From Mobula hypostoma (lineage: Eukaryota): 64,000 nucleotides of DNA. Of the stretch, positions 1 to 11,636 are shown one piece after another. How positions within the stretch are numbered: the stretch's first letter is position 1; every line of letters starts with the position of its first letter. A model generated the notes under the pieces. It was not told the DNA's origin. It did not search any database and was given only the letters and a program-made list of their open reading frames with translations. The DNA lies in assembly GCF_963921235.1 (NCBI RefSeq), contig NC_086097.1, positions 164,612,001 through 164,676,000 of the forward strand, given 5' to 3'. The position numbers and the translations under genes were made by a program.

Positions 1-1005
1 CTGGGTTGTGGTGGATCCCTGATGATGGATGCTGCTTTCCTGCGACTGCGTTTCATACAGATGTGCTCAATGGTTGGGGGTGCTTTATTTTCGTGATGGA
101 TTGGGCCATATCCACTACCTTTTGTGGGATCTTCCGTTCAAGGGCATTGGTGTTTCCATACCAGGCTCAACACATTTCCATGCTCAACACTACACATCTA
201 TAGAACTTTGTCAAAGTTTTAGATGACGTGCTAAATCTCCACAAACTCCTAACAAAGCTTTCTTCATCATTGTACTTACGTGCTGGCTCAGGACAGGTCC
301 TCCGAAATAATAACACCTGGAATTTGAAGTTGCTAACCCTGTCCTCCTCTGATCCTCTGATGAGGACTGGCTTATGGACCACTGTTTCTTTTTCCTGGTC
401 TATAATTAACTCCTTGGTGAGAGGTTATTGCTATGAAAACACTCAGACAGATTTTCAATCTCCCTCCTATATGCTGATTCACCACCACCTTTGATTGGGC
501 CTACTACAGTGATGTCATCAGCAACTTGAATATGGCAGTGGATCTGTGTTTAAGTCATACAGTCATAACGTGTAAAGTGAGTAGAGCAGAGGACTAAGCA
601 CAGAGCCTTGTGGTGCACCTGCGCTTATGGAGATTGAGGAGGAACAGTTGTTGCCAATCTGAACCGACTGAGATCTGCAAGTGAGGAAATTAAGGATCCA
701 ATTGCATAAGGAGGTGTTGAGGCCAATGTCTTGAAGCTCATTGATTAATTTTGAGGGGATGATGGTATTGTATGCTGAACTGTCGTCAATAAAGAGCATC
801 CTGATGTATGCACCTTTGCTGTCCATGGCATCTGCTGTGGGCCTGTTGCTTTGGTAGGCAAATTGGAACAGATCTAAGTGGCTTCTTGGGCAGGAGTGGA
901 TATGTTTCATCACCAGCCTATCAGAACACTTCATCGCTGTGGATGACCGTGCTACTGAGTGATAGTCATTCAGGCAGCTCACCACACACTGGGGTAATTA
1001 AAGCC
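1..1005 (-). mobile_element. Degraded Rex1/Babar-type non-LTR retrotransposon fragment (RT region)
   Basis: Minus-strand ORF 563-985 has RT motifs [16 protein letters not shown] and [20 protein letters not shown] 167-382 has RVSNFKF; multiple stops and frameshifts. Confidence 0.85.
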
Positions 1006-1079
1006 TGAATATAATTAAACCTTAATTGAAGTACACTTTGGGAAATTTTACTCTTTCAGCCATTGATTGCAAGGGAACC

Positions 1080-1240
1080 ACAAACAAGAGAAAATCTGCA
1101 AGTGCTGGAAATCCGAGCAACAGATGCAAAATGCTGGAGGAACTCAATAGGCAAGGCAGGATCTAGGAAAATAGTACAGTTGACATTTCGGGCTGAAACC
1201 CTTCAACAGGACTGGAGGAAACAGCTGAGGAGGAGAAGGG
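1080..1240 (-). repeat. Penelope pLTR-derived fragment with degenerate hammerhead motif (1177-1214)
   Basis: Reverse complement matches the 3' end of the Penelope copies (cagtc-ctgttga-agggtttcagccc-gaaat-gtc-aactg). Confidence 0.7.
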
Positions 1241-3182
1241 AATGCGTTTTGAGTTACCAACTGCTTTCAGTCTTAGAAAAAAAATCAACATCAGATTTTG
1301 GACAAAATATTCCAAATTGTAGCTGTGGGATTGAGGGAGCTGCTCTTGAGGTAGTGTGATTAAACATGCAGGTGGAAATCGACCACTTTGATAAAAATGC
1401 TTCTGACTTGTAGTCAAAGCCAGGAACCTATGGTTACTCAATCGATAATTAGAAGAGAAGCTACTGCTAGTGATGTCTTATGAGGAGAGTGTTCTGTGCA
1501 GACATGGAGGAGAAGCAAATCTTGATAAAGAAATCGACTGCATCATGGTCATTGAGAGAAATGTTGAGACACAGTCACAATTGGCAACAGTGATACCTTT
1601 TGCCAGAAAGGTTTCAGCACACAGAGTGAATCAGAAGATAGAATCACAAGGCCATCAGTCCACTGAGTCTGTGTCAACCATCAGGCATCAACCTATGTCA
1701 ATCCCATTTTATTCTCGTCTTGCCCTGTCAATTCAGCCCAGACTCTATGACTCATCTGCACATTACAGCGGCCATTTTGCATGTCTTTGGGATGTAAAGG
1801 AAACCAGAATCCTTGTGGTCATGGGGAAAACATGCAAACTCCACACAGAGCAGCATCAGAGGTTAATGTTGCTGGACCTGTGAGATTCTGAAGGGGGGCT
1901 GCGTAAGGATCTTGATGCAACAAAGTTACAGACTTTATAAGGACTGCAAGGCTAGAGGTAAGGAAATTGAAGAAGATTAAAAAACTGAAGGCAGAGCTGT
2001 TTGAGCTGGTGGATACAATGAAGGAAAAGGAAACGATCCCTGTGCGAAGTCAGTGAACAGGGAGGTTGGAGATGATCTTAGATTCATCCAGTGAGGAAAC
2101 AGGCTTTTCAGCTCACCTTGTCTGCGCTAATAGTTTTTGATTGTTTAGAATCTGCCAGAAAAGGGAACACAGAAGTTGGAGAGAAGATACCCATTGGAAG
2201 GGCTGTACAGCAGATAGGGGAATAGAAACTATGTGCGCAGGCAGGCATGAGAAGAAATTTGTGTATGAGCTATCTAAATTTTAATGCTCAGAGTTTTCAC
2301 GTTGTTAAAGGTGGGAAAGATGGACAGCAGAATGGAGAATGATAAAGTGATGCTTGTGGAAAGAGTGGTATGACATTTTTATTCACCATCCAGGTTTATT
2401 GTGTGGTAGTAGTTCAAACTGGGCATGTAGAGAAGATAATAGTGGTTATGTTGGCTTCACTGCTAAGAGAAACAAGACCTTCCTGTTCAGCTTATCTAGG
2501 TCCTTCATAACATTATATATCCTTCTTAAATTTTCCTTTAGCCTCTTCGGTTCTAAAGAAAACAACCCAGCCTACCCACGTTTTCCTCTTTACCAATGTC
2601 TCCCATCCCTGACTGCCTGCTTGTGAATTGCCTCTTAATATTCCCAATTTTCTATAATCTCATAACTTCTCAGACTGGCCTAACTCTTAAAAAGTTCTGG
2701 AATAATCGCATTGCTCTTGTATTCTGCTCATCAACTAGTAAAGGAAAAGATTCTTAATACTGTTTCCTCTCATACCCCAAAGACATGTGGGTTTGTAGGT
2801 TAATCACCCACTCACGATAATTTGCCCCTGGTGTCTAGGTGAGTGGGAGAGCCTGGGCGAGGGGGAGTTGATGAGAATATAGTGCGAATAAAAATGGGAA
2901 TTCAAGATTAATTTGCTTCTCAGCCTAAAAGGTCAACTATTCATTCGTCTTCATAGATGCTGACTGACCTGTGGAATTGCTCCAGCATTTATCTGTGTTG
3001 AGCCTATCCAGCCTTTCCTTTTGAACAAGGATCTCAAGTAATATCCTTATAAATCTTTTTTTTTCATCCTCTCCAGTTTAATGACATCTTTCCCAGAGCA
3101 GGGAAACTGGAACTGTTTACGATACTCCAAATGTAGCCTTACCAATGTCTTGTACAGCTGTAACGTGGTGTCCCAATTCCAA

Positions 3183-3226
3183 CTGAGTGAGTGAGTGAGT
3201 GATTGAGTGTGTGTGTGTGTGTGTGT
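3183..3226. repeat. Compound microsatellite (TGAG)n-(TG)n
   Basis: Directly visible tandem repeats. Confidence 0.95.
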
Positions 3227-3269
3227 TGCTCAAGATAGCCATTATCTGCAGTATTTCTTGCAGCAGTAT

Positions 3270-3650
3270 AGGCTCAGGCTTATTTCCCTGAAGCACAGGA
3301 GCAGAGGAGTGACCGTATAGAGGTTTGTAAAGTCATGCAGAGTATAGATAAGGTGAATAGCCAAAGCAGTTTTGGCAAAGTCAGGGAGTCCAAAACTAGA
3401 AGGCATAGGTATCAAGTAAGAGGTGACCTGAGGGGCAACTTTCTCACTCAGAGAATGGTAGGTATATGGAATGAGGTGGCAGACACAGGTTTAATTACAA
3501 CATTTTAAAAGTTATTTGGACAGTTACATGGACAGGAAAGGTTTAGCGGGATACAAGTCAAATGCAGGCAACTGGGACTAGCTCACTTACAAAAATTGAT
3601 GGGCACAGGTGCGATGGGCCAAAGGTCTGTTTCCATGCTGTGTGGCTCTT
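3270..3650 (+). mobile_element. CR1 LINE 3' fragment
   Basis: Similar to the 3' end of the CR1 at 56172-58254 (ttcactcagagaatggtaggtatatggaatg...gggccaaaggtctgtttccatgctg). Confidence 0.7.
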
Positions 3651-3970
3651 CCATATTTGATAGAATATTTTGTTGAGATAACAGCCATTTTTGCTGAAAG
3701 TAACACAGTCAATATGATGTACACAATTCAGAGGATGCCATATACAGTCTCATGAAACGAATGTTGGATGCCTGTATATGAAGTTGGCTAAGTAACAAGC
3801 AACAGCGGGTTGCAGGGAATTATTGTTTCTCAGGCTGGAGGAAGGTGAATAGTGGTCTTCACCTAGAGATTGGTGTAAGGATCTGGCTTTTATTGAACCA
3901 CATTAATATCTTAGACTGGTGGGATAAAAGCCACAGTTTTTAAATTGTGGATGACGTTACATTTGTCAGT

Positions 3971-5330
3971 ACAGGTTTTATACCCCTTATTCACAATGCT
4001 TGGGGCCAGAAGCATTTTGGATTTTGTCAGATCTTGGAATATATAATGAGATAGCTTGGGAATTGCCTTGGTAAACAGTCTTGGTCTTGCACTTGTTCAT
4101 CAAGCATATATACATAACAGTAAAAATTATTGTATACCACTAATTTATTGAAAATATAATGTGTACAGGGTAACAAAATCAGTGCAGCAGCATTGGGAGA
4201 GTACCTGAATCGGCTGCTGAAGAACGGCAGGTTTTCAGTCTGCACCTGTCATGCTGTGGTTTGATTAAAAGGTTACCATACACTGTATTTGTACATTTTT
4301 TAATATTTTACATAAGGTATAAAAGCAATCAGCATTGTAGATTTGTTCTGGTGTGAGATTTTCATCAGCAACGCTTTAAAAATTTAATGCCTTTATGTAA
4401 GGTATTAAAACTATCAGCATCGTAGACTTCAAGATTAAAAGTGCATTTATTATCAAAGAATGTATAAATCATACAACCTTGAGATTTGTTTGCTTAACAG
4501 GCAGTCGCAAAGCAAGGAACCCAAAAGAACCCAATTTTAAAAAGAACAACCACCAGTGCCCACAGAGAAAGAGAAAAAAAACAAATCACGCAAGCAATAA
4601 AGGCGAGCAACAATGGCATTCCAAGCTAAATTGAATCAATAGATCCAAATCTCTGGAGCAGCTCAGAGTAGGCATAAAGCTTTGGTATTCAGTTCCTCAT
4701 ATTAGTGGGACAAATTGTTGCAAAGTTTGCAGGCATGAAGCACAGCAACTGGGGGCAGTCTCACAGCCTTAGCGTTACGGAGAGAGGAGTCCTCAGGCCA
4801 TCTGGGCTGGCGTTTAAATTATTCAAACATTGCACTAGGACATGGGCCCCACTGCTAGCTAGTCACTCCAGCCCTAGATTTCGCTGCCAGAGAGGCTGTT
4901 CTCAACGTCTCCAAATCGGCTCGATGCTTAGAGTGACTTATTCTGGTGCTAGATCTTCATGATCAACAGGCACTTCAAAAAATTTCATGCCATACCTTTT
5001 CTTAAATTTCTGCAACCCGCTCGCTGAATATTCACAATTACCTTCAATTTTCAGCTTGTTGTGATAGATTTATTTCATGATCAGCATACTGTTAAGTGTC
5101 ATTTGTTCACCCCAATTGAGATCTACATTTGTCACTTTATGCAGTGTTTATCTAGTTTTCACTCAGTACATATGTGAGGTTTCTTCTCAGAACATTCTAT
5201 GGTGCACAGAGACCCGAGAACCTTCCCGGCAAATTGTGAAATTTTCTGTCTGTGACCTCAGGTCAGCACTCAAAAAAAATTTAGATTTCAGAGGTTTTTG
5301 AATTTTGGAATTTTGGGTATTGTGAACTGA
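3971..5330. mobile_element. Old pogo/Tigger-like (MER46-type) non-autonomous DNA element with an internal ~80-bp tandem unit, interrupted by an insertion at ~4430-4934
   Basis: Left end ccccttattcacaatgcttggggccagaagcattttggatttt and right end ttttgaattttggaattttggg resemble recalled Tigger4/MER46 ends; insertion flanked by gactt/gactt. Confidence 0.45.
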
Positions 5331-5389
5331 TAAAGTTATATTGTGAACTGTGGAAAAAACAGTGTAGGAGTGCAGCTGGGTTTATTTGG

Positions 5390-5790
5390 CTGGTTTACCA
5401 ACAGATGCATGGCTGATCAAGTTTAATTCAGAGAAATGAGGTTGTGTGCTTTTATAAGAGAATGAGGAAATGCAAGATTTAATAAAGGATCCTACTCTGA
5501 AACGGGAAGAGCAGCACATATTCATGCACAAGTCACTGAAATTGGCACGAGAGGTTGAAAGCGTGGTTAATAAAGCTGGCATAGTTCTGGGTCTGTCAAA
5601 AGAGGCATGGGGTATAGAGTCAGGGCAATCCTGCTGAAGGGTTATAAAACATTGACCTGGTCTCAGCTGGGGTATTATGTTCATTTCTGTTGGGCATATT
5701 ATAGGAAGAATGCAGGGGCAATTGAAGAAGTTCCAGAGGAGATTTACGAGAATGGTTCCTGGGATGGGGAACTATAGTTACATTCACTCA
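5390..5790 (+). mobile_element. Degraded CR1 LINE fragment
   Basis: Encodes KFQRRFTRMVPGM, homologous to CR1 ORF2 C-terminal region. Confidence 0.7.
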
Positions 5791-6489
5791 CCCTACCAAC
5801 ACTGCAACGTAGCTGTGGCCTATATCATCTACAAGAGGTATCACAGGAATTTAATCATGCATTTTTGTAAGCATCTACTGTGGTGCTGTAAGGTAGTGTG
5901 TTCCAGCATTTTAGTCCTGTGACAATCCTGTAGTCACCATTGTATAACTGTGGTAGAGCCAGTGCTACACAGGGCCACTGCTACAGTGTGATAGTTATGG
6001 TCAAGCTTAATGGTGTGGCCGTGATGGGGATAAGTTTACAGTGTGTCTGTTATAGGGCCAGCATGATGTTATAATGTTATAGTAGTATTGTGTGGCATTC
6101 TTAAGAATAATTAGGACTAAGCAACAAATGGTAGTTTATTTAAATAACACATTATTTAATTCCATAAGATGACAGATTTGTGAATAGCAGTAGCTACTGT
6201 AAATGGTAATTCCTTGCACCCTTGGAAGTCAGAGTGAATTAGGTGAAGAGAGGATTCCTTTAGATTTACGTTGTTCGTTTGCCTCTGGGCCTCATATCCA
6301 AGCTGAAAGTGAGGCAAGGTTTAAAGCACTTCCTCACAGTGCTGTGAATTTGTTTCCCCACACGAGTACCTGAACTTCCTCTATTAGGAGCTTGTCTGCT
6401 TTGATGGAGCCTTCACCACTGTACTAACAGGGCACTGCAGCACCACACCTCTCCACACTCACACTCCAGCATGTGCTGTACTACTACGG

Positions 6490-6782
6490 GCAGCAAGGTC
6501 GTGTAGTGGTTAGCACAGTGCTCTACAGTATCAGCTGAAAGACAGAGGTTCAGTTCCTGCCGTTGTTTGTCCTTCCCATGACCGCATGCTTTCCTCCGGG
6601 TGCTTAGGTTTCCTCTCACACTCCAAAGACGTATGGCTTAGAGTTAGTGAGTTGTGGGCATGGTGTGTTGGCACTGGAAACATGGTGGCATTTGAGGGCT
6701 GCTCCCAGCACAATCCTCGCTGATTTGTTTTGACGATGTATTTCACTGAGTGTTCAATGTACATGTGAAAAATAAAGCTATT
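6490..6782 (+). mobile_element. tRNA-derived V-SINE
   Basis: A-box-like gtgtagtggttagcac, B-box-like ggttcagttcc, V-domain tttcctccgggtgcttaggtttcctctcacactccaaagac, 3' aataaa. Confidence 0.7.
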
Positions 6783-7169
6783 TTAAAGAAAATCTTTTTT
6801 CTTTATTCTTTATTATCTATGGGAGAACAAATAATTTTAGGTGAATCCTGAATCAGAAATATGCATCCGCATACTGCTCATTGCGGGAGGTATTCCACTT
6901 CCCTGATTGTCTATATTTGTTTTTCATTGAGGGGAGCTGGTGGGCTGGAGGTGGAGGGATTTGCCTGTGAAACAACAGAAAATGGGTGTGGATTTTTATC
7001 TGAGCTGCCCAGCTGAGGTGAAATTATTCTACAGGGTGGTTCCTCGTGGCACTGAGAACTTCAAGCAGATGGAAGCTTGGAGTAAATGGCAGAAGGAGCA
7101 TATCACTTCACAAATTAACCACCCAGCCCTTTAGGTACCTCCTATCTGGGCTATGGTAGGATTTGTTTG

Positions 7170-7578
7170 TCGTAATTAGGCCTTGTATTGTGAGCAACTT
7201 TGAGCCTTCTATCTAAGGAAATTTGCAATGGCTCTGGAGAGAGTTCAAGGGAGGTTCATGAGAATGATACCAGGAATGAAAGCTTAACATAGGAGGAACA
7301 TTTGATGGCTTTGGCACTATATCTGATGGATCCTGGAGGATAAAGGGGGATCTCATTGAAATCTTCCAAATACTGAAAGGCCTGGATAGAATAGACTTGA
7401 GGGCATGTTTCTATGTTAGTAGCAAAGCAGGATCCAAGGGCACAGCTCTGAATAAAGGAGCATATCTTTAGAACTGAGATGAGGAGTAGTTTCTTCAGCC
7501 AAAGGCTGATGTATCTATGAAATTCCTTGCCAAGGACAACCATGAAGACCAAGTCATTTGGGTATATTTAAGACAGAG
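7170..7578 (+). mobile_element. Degraded CR1 LINE 3' fragment
   Basis: Homologous to CR1 C-terminal coding region at 57700-58100. Confidence 0.75.
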
Positions 7579-7669
7579 ATGCTGCAATGCCTGCTGAGTT
7601 CCTCCAGCATTTTGTGTCTATTGCTTGGATTTCCACCATCTGCAGATTTTCTCTTGTTTGTAAAGGTTA

Positions 7670-8230
7670 GTTAGTTCGTCCATCGTCAGTCATCGATGAA
7701 GACCTCGACACCGTTGATGGTGTCGAGACTAGCGCATGATTTGGATTTAAGTGAGGGAGAGTTGCACAGCATCAGCCTCACTCTCTCTTCCCAATTCCCA
7801 TCTGGATCCAGTGGCAAGACAGAGTCGAGACAGCTGGAGATGGGACTAGGCATAGTGGATGACCAGGACGTTTTCTGTGTCTTGTTGTGCTCTACACGTT
7901 CCACGATGCTTGCAGAGACCGCCTTCTTGACCGTTGGACCTTCCATTGGTCTCGTCCTCTCAATCCGCCGGAGTCTGTCTTCACATGCTGGGATAGACAT
8001 CTCCCTATCTCATCGAGGGTTTGAGACCCATCGGCTACCCTCACCTGGTTTAGCCGGCTTGTCGAAGCCGTTGCCCGGGGTGTGGCCGCTGTCGCATGCA
8101 AACAGCTACAAGGAGCCACAGGTGAGAGCTGAGTGCCAGGTGGGGACCAAAGGTGGACTAACCGCCTTGAAAAGGACGCGACATGTTCCCCCACCAGAGG
8201 TGCTACCCCTCCCTGACATCCCATACACCC
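7670..8230 (-). mobile_element. Non-coding, non-autonomous RTE-related retroelement (561 bp)
   Basis: Perfect 13-bp TSD tttgtaaaggtta (7657-7669 / 8231-8243); short (AACT)n-like 3' tail on minus strand; 3' hairpin ctcgacacc/ggtgtcgag (7704-7727); CpG-rich; resembles recalled RTE 5'/3' UTRs. Confidence 0.75.
8040..8230 (-). ncRNA. Putative HDV-like self-cleaving ribozyme at the element 5' end
   Basis: Minus-strand order P1 gggugu (8230-8225), long J1/2, P2 cucaccugu, P3 ggc, L3 ucc plus inserted hairpin, P3' gcc, P1' acacccc, gg (P1.1), P4 cggcuu-cgac-aagccg, J4/2 gcuaa, P2' accaggugag. Confidence 0.7.
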
Positions 8231-10570
8231 TTTGTAAAGGTTACAGGGAGAAAGTAGAAAGGAGTTGAAAAAACAATCATCTATGATTGAATAGCTAAGC
8301 AGACTAGATGCGCTGAACAACCTAACTCTGCTCTTACATCCTTAAGTTGTTTCACTTGCAATAGAACCCAGAAAGTTAGAGTAGAAACATGTCATCTTCA
8401 ATCCCGAGAGACGAGTTAGAAGAACTGCTATCAGGACCAGCAGCAACTTGAAGATAGACTTCTAATGTGATTAAACTGGAGATGGGAGAGATTCTCTTCT
8501 CTTCATCAACTGAGTTCTAAATGTTAATCCATTACGGTTGATGTAACATCAGCCAGCATCACTATTGCAATAAAACCATGTTAAATAGAATAACGCTGCA
8601 CATCTAAGCAGATTTCCCATCTATGGTACCTGTCCATGCACAACACTGATTACTGGCCTTCTCCAATGTTATGGTCATCATTGCAAACACATTCATGGGA
8701 AAGCTACACATGTGCTGCTAAGCTTATCAAACCTGGAGTTGCCCAGCAGCATGGAGAGGGAACAGTTAATGCTTCAACTCATTTCTGCATACCTCGACAA
8801 GGGGGGATAAAACCGTGTTCAATCCCTTCCTACCTATGTTCGTGACACTTCTCACACTCTGAAACTTTTCGATGATTTTAAGTCCCCTGGCCCCCACCGC
8901 TTTATTTTCACCATGGATGTCCAGTCCCTATATACTTCCATCTCCCATCAGGAAGATCTCAAAGCTCTCCGCTTCTTTTTGGATTCTAGACCTAACCAGT
9001 TTCCCTCTACCACCACTCAGCTCCGTCTAGCGGAATTAGTCCTTATTCTTAATAATTTCTCCTTTGGCTCCTCCCACTTTATCCAAACTAAAGGTGTAGT
9101 TATGGGCACTCGTATGGGTCCTAGCTATGCCTGCCTTTTTATTGGCTTTGTGGAACGATCTATGTTCCAAACCTGTTCTGGTATCTGTCCCCCACTTTTC
9201 CTTCACTACGTTGACGACTGCATTGGCGCTACTTCCTGCACGCATGCTGGGCTCGTTGACTTCATTAATTTTGCCTCCAACTTTCACCCTGCCCTCAAGT
9301 TTACCTGGTCCATTTCTGACACCTCCTTCCCCTTTCTTGATCTTTCTGTCTCTATCTCTGGAGACAGCTTATCTACTGATGTCTACTATAAGCCTACTGA
9401 CTCTCACAGCTATCTGGACTATTCCTCTTCTCACCCTGTCTCTTGCAAAAATGCCATCCCCTTCTCGCAATTCCTCTGTCTCCGCTGCATCTGCTCTCAG
9501 GATGAGGCTTTTCATTCTAGGACAAGGGAGATGTCCTTTTTTTAAAGAAAGGAGCTTCCCTTCCTCCACCATCAACTCTGCTCTCAAACGCATCTCCCCC
9601 ATTTCACACACATCTGCTCTCATTCCATCCTCCCGCCACCCTACTAGGAATAGGGTTCCCCTTGTCCTCACCTACCACCCCATCAGCCTCCGGGTCCAAC
9701 ATATTATTCTCCGTAACTTCCGCCACCTCGAACGGGATCCACCACTAAGCACATCTTTCCCTCCCTTGCCCCTCCGCTTTCTGCAGGGATCGCTCCCTAC
9801 GTGACTCCCTTGTCCATTTGCACCCCCATCCCTCTCCACCGATCTCCCTCCTGGCACTTATCCTTGTAAGCGCAACAAGTGCTACACATGCCCTTACACT
9901 TCCTCCCTCACCACCATTCAGGGCCCTAGACAGTCCTTCCAGGTGAGGCGACACTTCAACTGTGAGTCGGCTGGGGTGGTACACTGCATCCGGTGCTCCC
10001 GAAGTGGCCTTCTATATATTGGCGAGACCCGACGCAGACTGGGAGATCATTTCGCTGAACACCTGCACTCTGTCTGCCAGAGAAAGCAGGATCTTCCAGT
10101 GGCCACACATTTTAATTCCACGTCCCATTCCCATTCTGACATGTCTATCCACGGCCTCCTCTACTGTCAAGATGAAGCCACACTCAGGTTGGAGGAACAA
10201 CACCTTATATTCCATCTGGGTAGCCTCCAACCTGATGGCATGAACATTGACTTCTCTAACTTCTGCTAATGCCCCACCTCCCCCTTGTACCCCATCCATT
10301 ATTTATTTATATATGCACATTCTTTCTCTCACTCTCCTTTTTCTCCCTCTGTCCCTCTCACTATACCCCTTGCCCATCCTCTGGGCTTTTTCCCCCCTTC
10401 CCCTTTTTCTTTCTCTCTAGGCCTCCTGTCCCATGATCCTCTCATATCCCTTTTGCCAATCAACTGTGCAGCTCTTGGCTCCATCCCTCCCCCTCTTGTC
10501 TTCTCCCATCATTTCGGATCTCCCCCTCCCCCTCCCACTTTCAAATCTCTTACTAGCTCTTCCTTCAGTT

Positions 10571-10606
10571 AGTCCTGACGAAGGGTCTCAGCCTGAAACG
10601 TCAACT
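10571..10606 (+). ncRNA. Minimal type I hammerhead ribozyme in Penelope pLTR
   Basis: agtc-CTGACGA-a-gggtctcagcct-GAAAC-GTC-aact; core boxes intact; predicted cleavage after 10602. Confidence 0.75.
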
Positions 10607-10659
10607 GTACCTCTTCCTGGAGATGCTGCCTGGCCTGCTGTGTCCACCAGCAACTTTTA

Positions 10660-11636
10660 GTCATAGTCATAGTCATACTTTATTGATCCCAGGGGGATAT
10701 TGGTTTTCGTTACAGTTGCACCGTAAATTATAAATAGTAATAGAACCATAAATAGTTAAATAGTAATATGTAAATTATGCCAGTAAATTATGAAGTAAGT
10801 CCAGGACCAGCCTATCGGCTCAGGGTGTCTGACCCTCCAAGGGAGGAGTTGTAAAGTTTGATGGCCACAGACAGGAATGACTTCCTATGACGCTCTGTGC
10901 TGCATCTCGGAGGAATGAGTCTCTGGCTGAATGTACTCCTGTGCCCACCCAGTACATTATGTAGTGGATGGGAAACATTGACCAAGATGGCATGCAACTT
11001 GGACAGCATCCTCTTTTCAGACACCACTGTGAGAGAGCCCCGTTCCATCCCCACAACATCACTGGCCTTACGAATGAGTTTGTTGATTCTGTTGGTGTCT
11101 GCTACCCTCAGCCTGCTGCCCCAGCACACAACAGCAAACATGATAGCACTGGCCACCACAGACTCGTAGAACATCCTCAGCATCGTCCGGCAGATGTTAA
11201 AGGACCTCAGTCTCCTCAGGAAATAGAGACGGCTCTGACCCTTCTTGTAGACAGCCTCAGTATTCTTTGACCATTCCAATTTATTGTCAATTCGTATCCC
11301 CAGGTATTTGTAATCTTCCACCATGTCCACACTGACCCCCTGGATGGAAACAGGGGTCACCGGTACCTTAGCTCTCCTCAGGTCTACCACCAGCTCTTTA
11401 GTCTTTTTCACATTAAGCTGCAGATAATTCTGCTCACACCATATGACAAAGTTTCCTACCGTAGCCCTGTACTCAACCTCATCTGCCTTGCTGATGCATC
11501 CAACTATGGCAGAGTCATCAGAAAACTTCTGAAAATGACAAGACTCTGTGCAGTAGTTGAAGTCCGAGGTGTAAATGGTGAAGAGAAAGGGAGACAAGAC
11601 AGTCCACTGTGGAGCCCCAGTGCTGCTGATCACTCA
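10660..11636 (-). mobile_element. Rex1/Babar LINE, 5'-truncated, young
   Basis: Intact 273-aa ORF 10812-11633 (GAPQxTVLSPFLF, FSDD, YKYLG, RLYFLRRL); aataaa followed by (TATGAC)n tail; short ttta duplication. Confidence 0.9.

Noticed and set aside
5780..6100. Loosely periodic tgtgg/tgtag-rich tract as a repeat array or CRISPR
   Set aside because: No constant repeat unit or spacer structure; eukaryotic low-complexity sequence
6490..6570. tRNA gene
   Set aside because: Only A/B-box-like remnants followed by a V-SINE body; no cloverleaf
7686..8320. Three overlapping ORFs (104-190 aa) as a novel gene
   Set aside because: No recognisable motifs; they lie in a GC-rich TSD-flanked repeat where stops are rare, and RNA structure explains the sequence better
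10270..10570. Pro/Ser/Leu-rich ORFs after the Penelope ORFs
   Set aside because: Translation artefacts of the pyrimidine-rich 3' UTR
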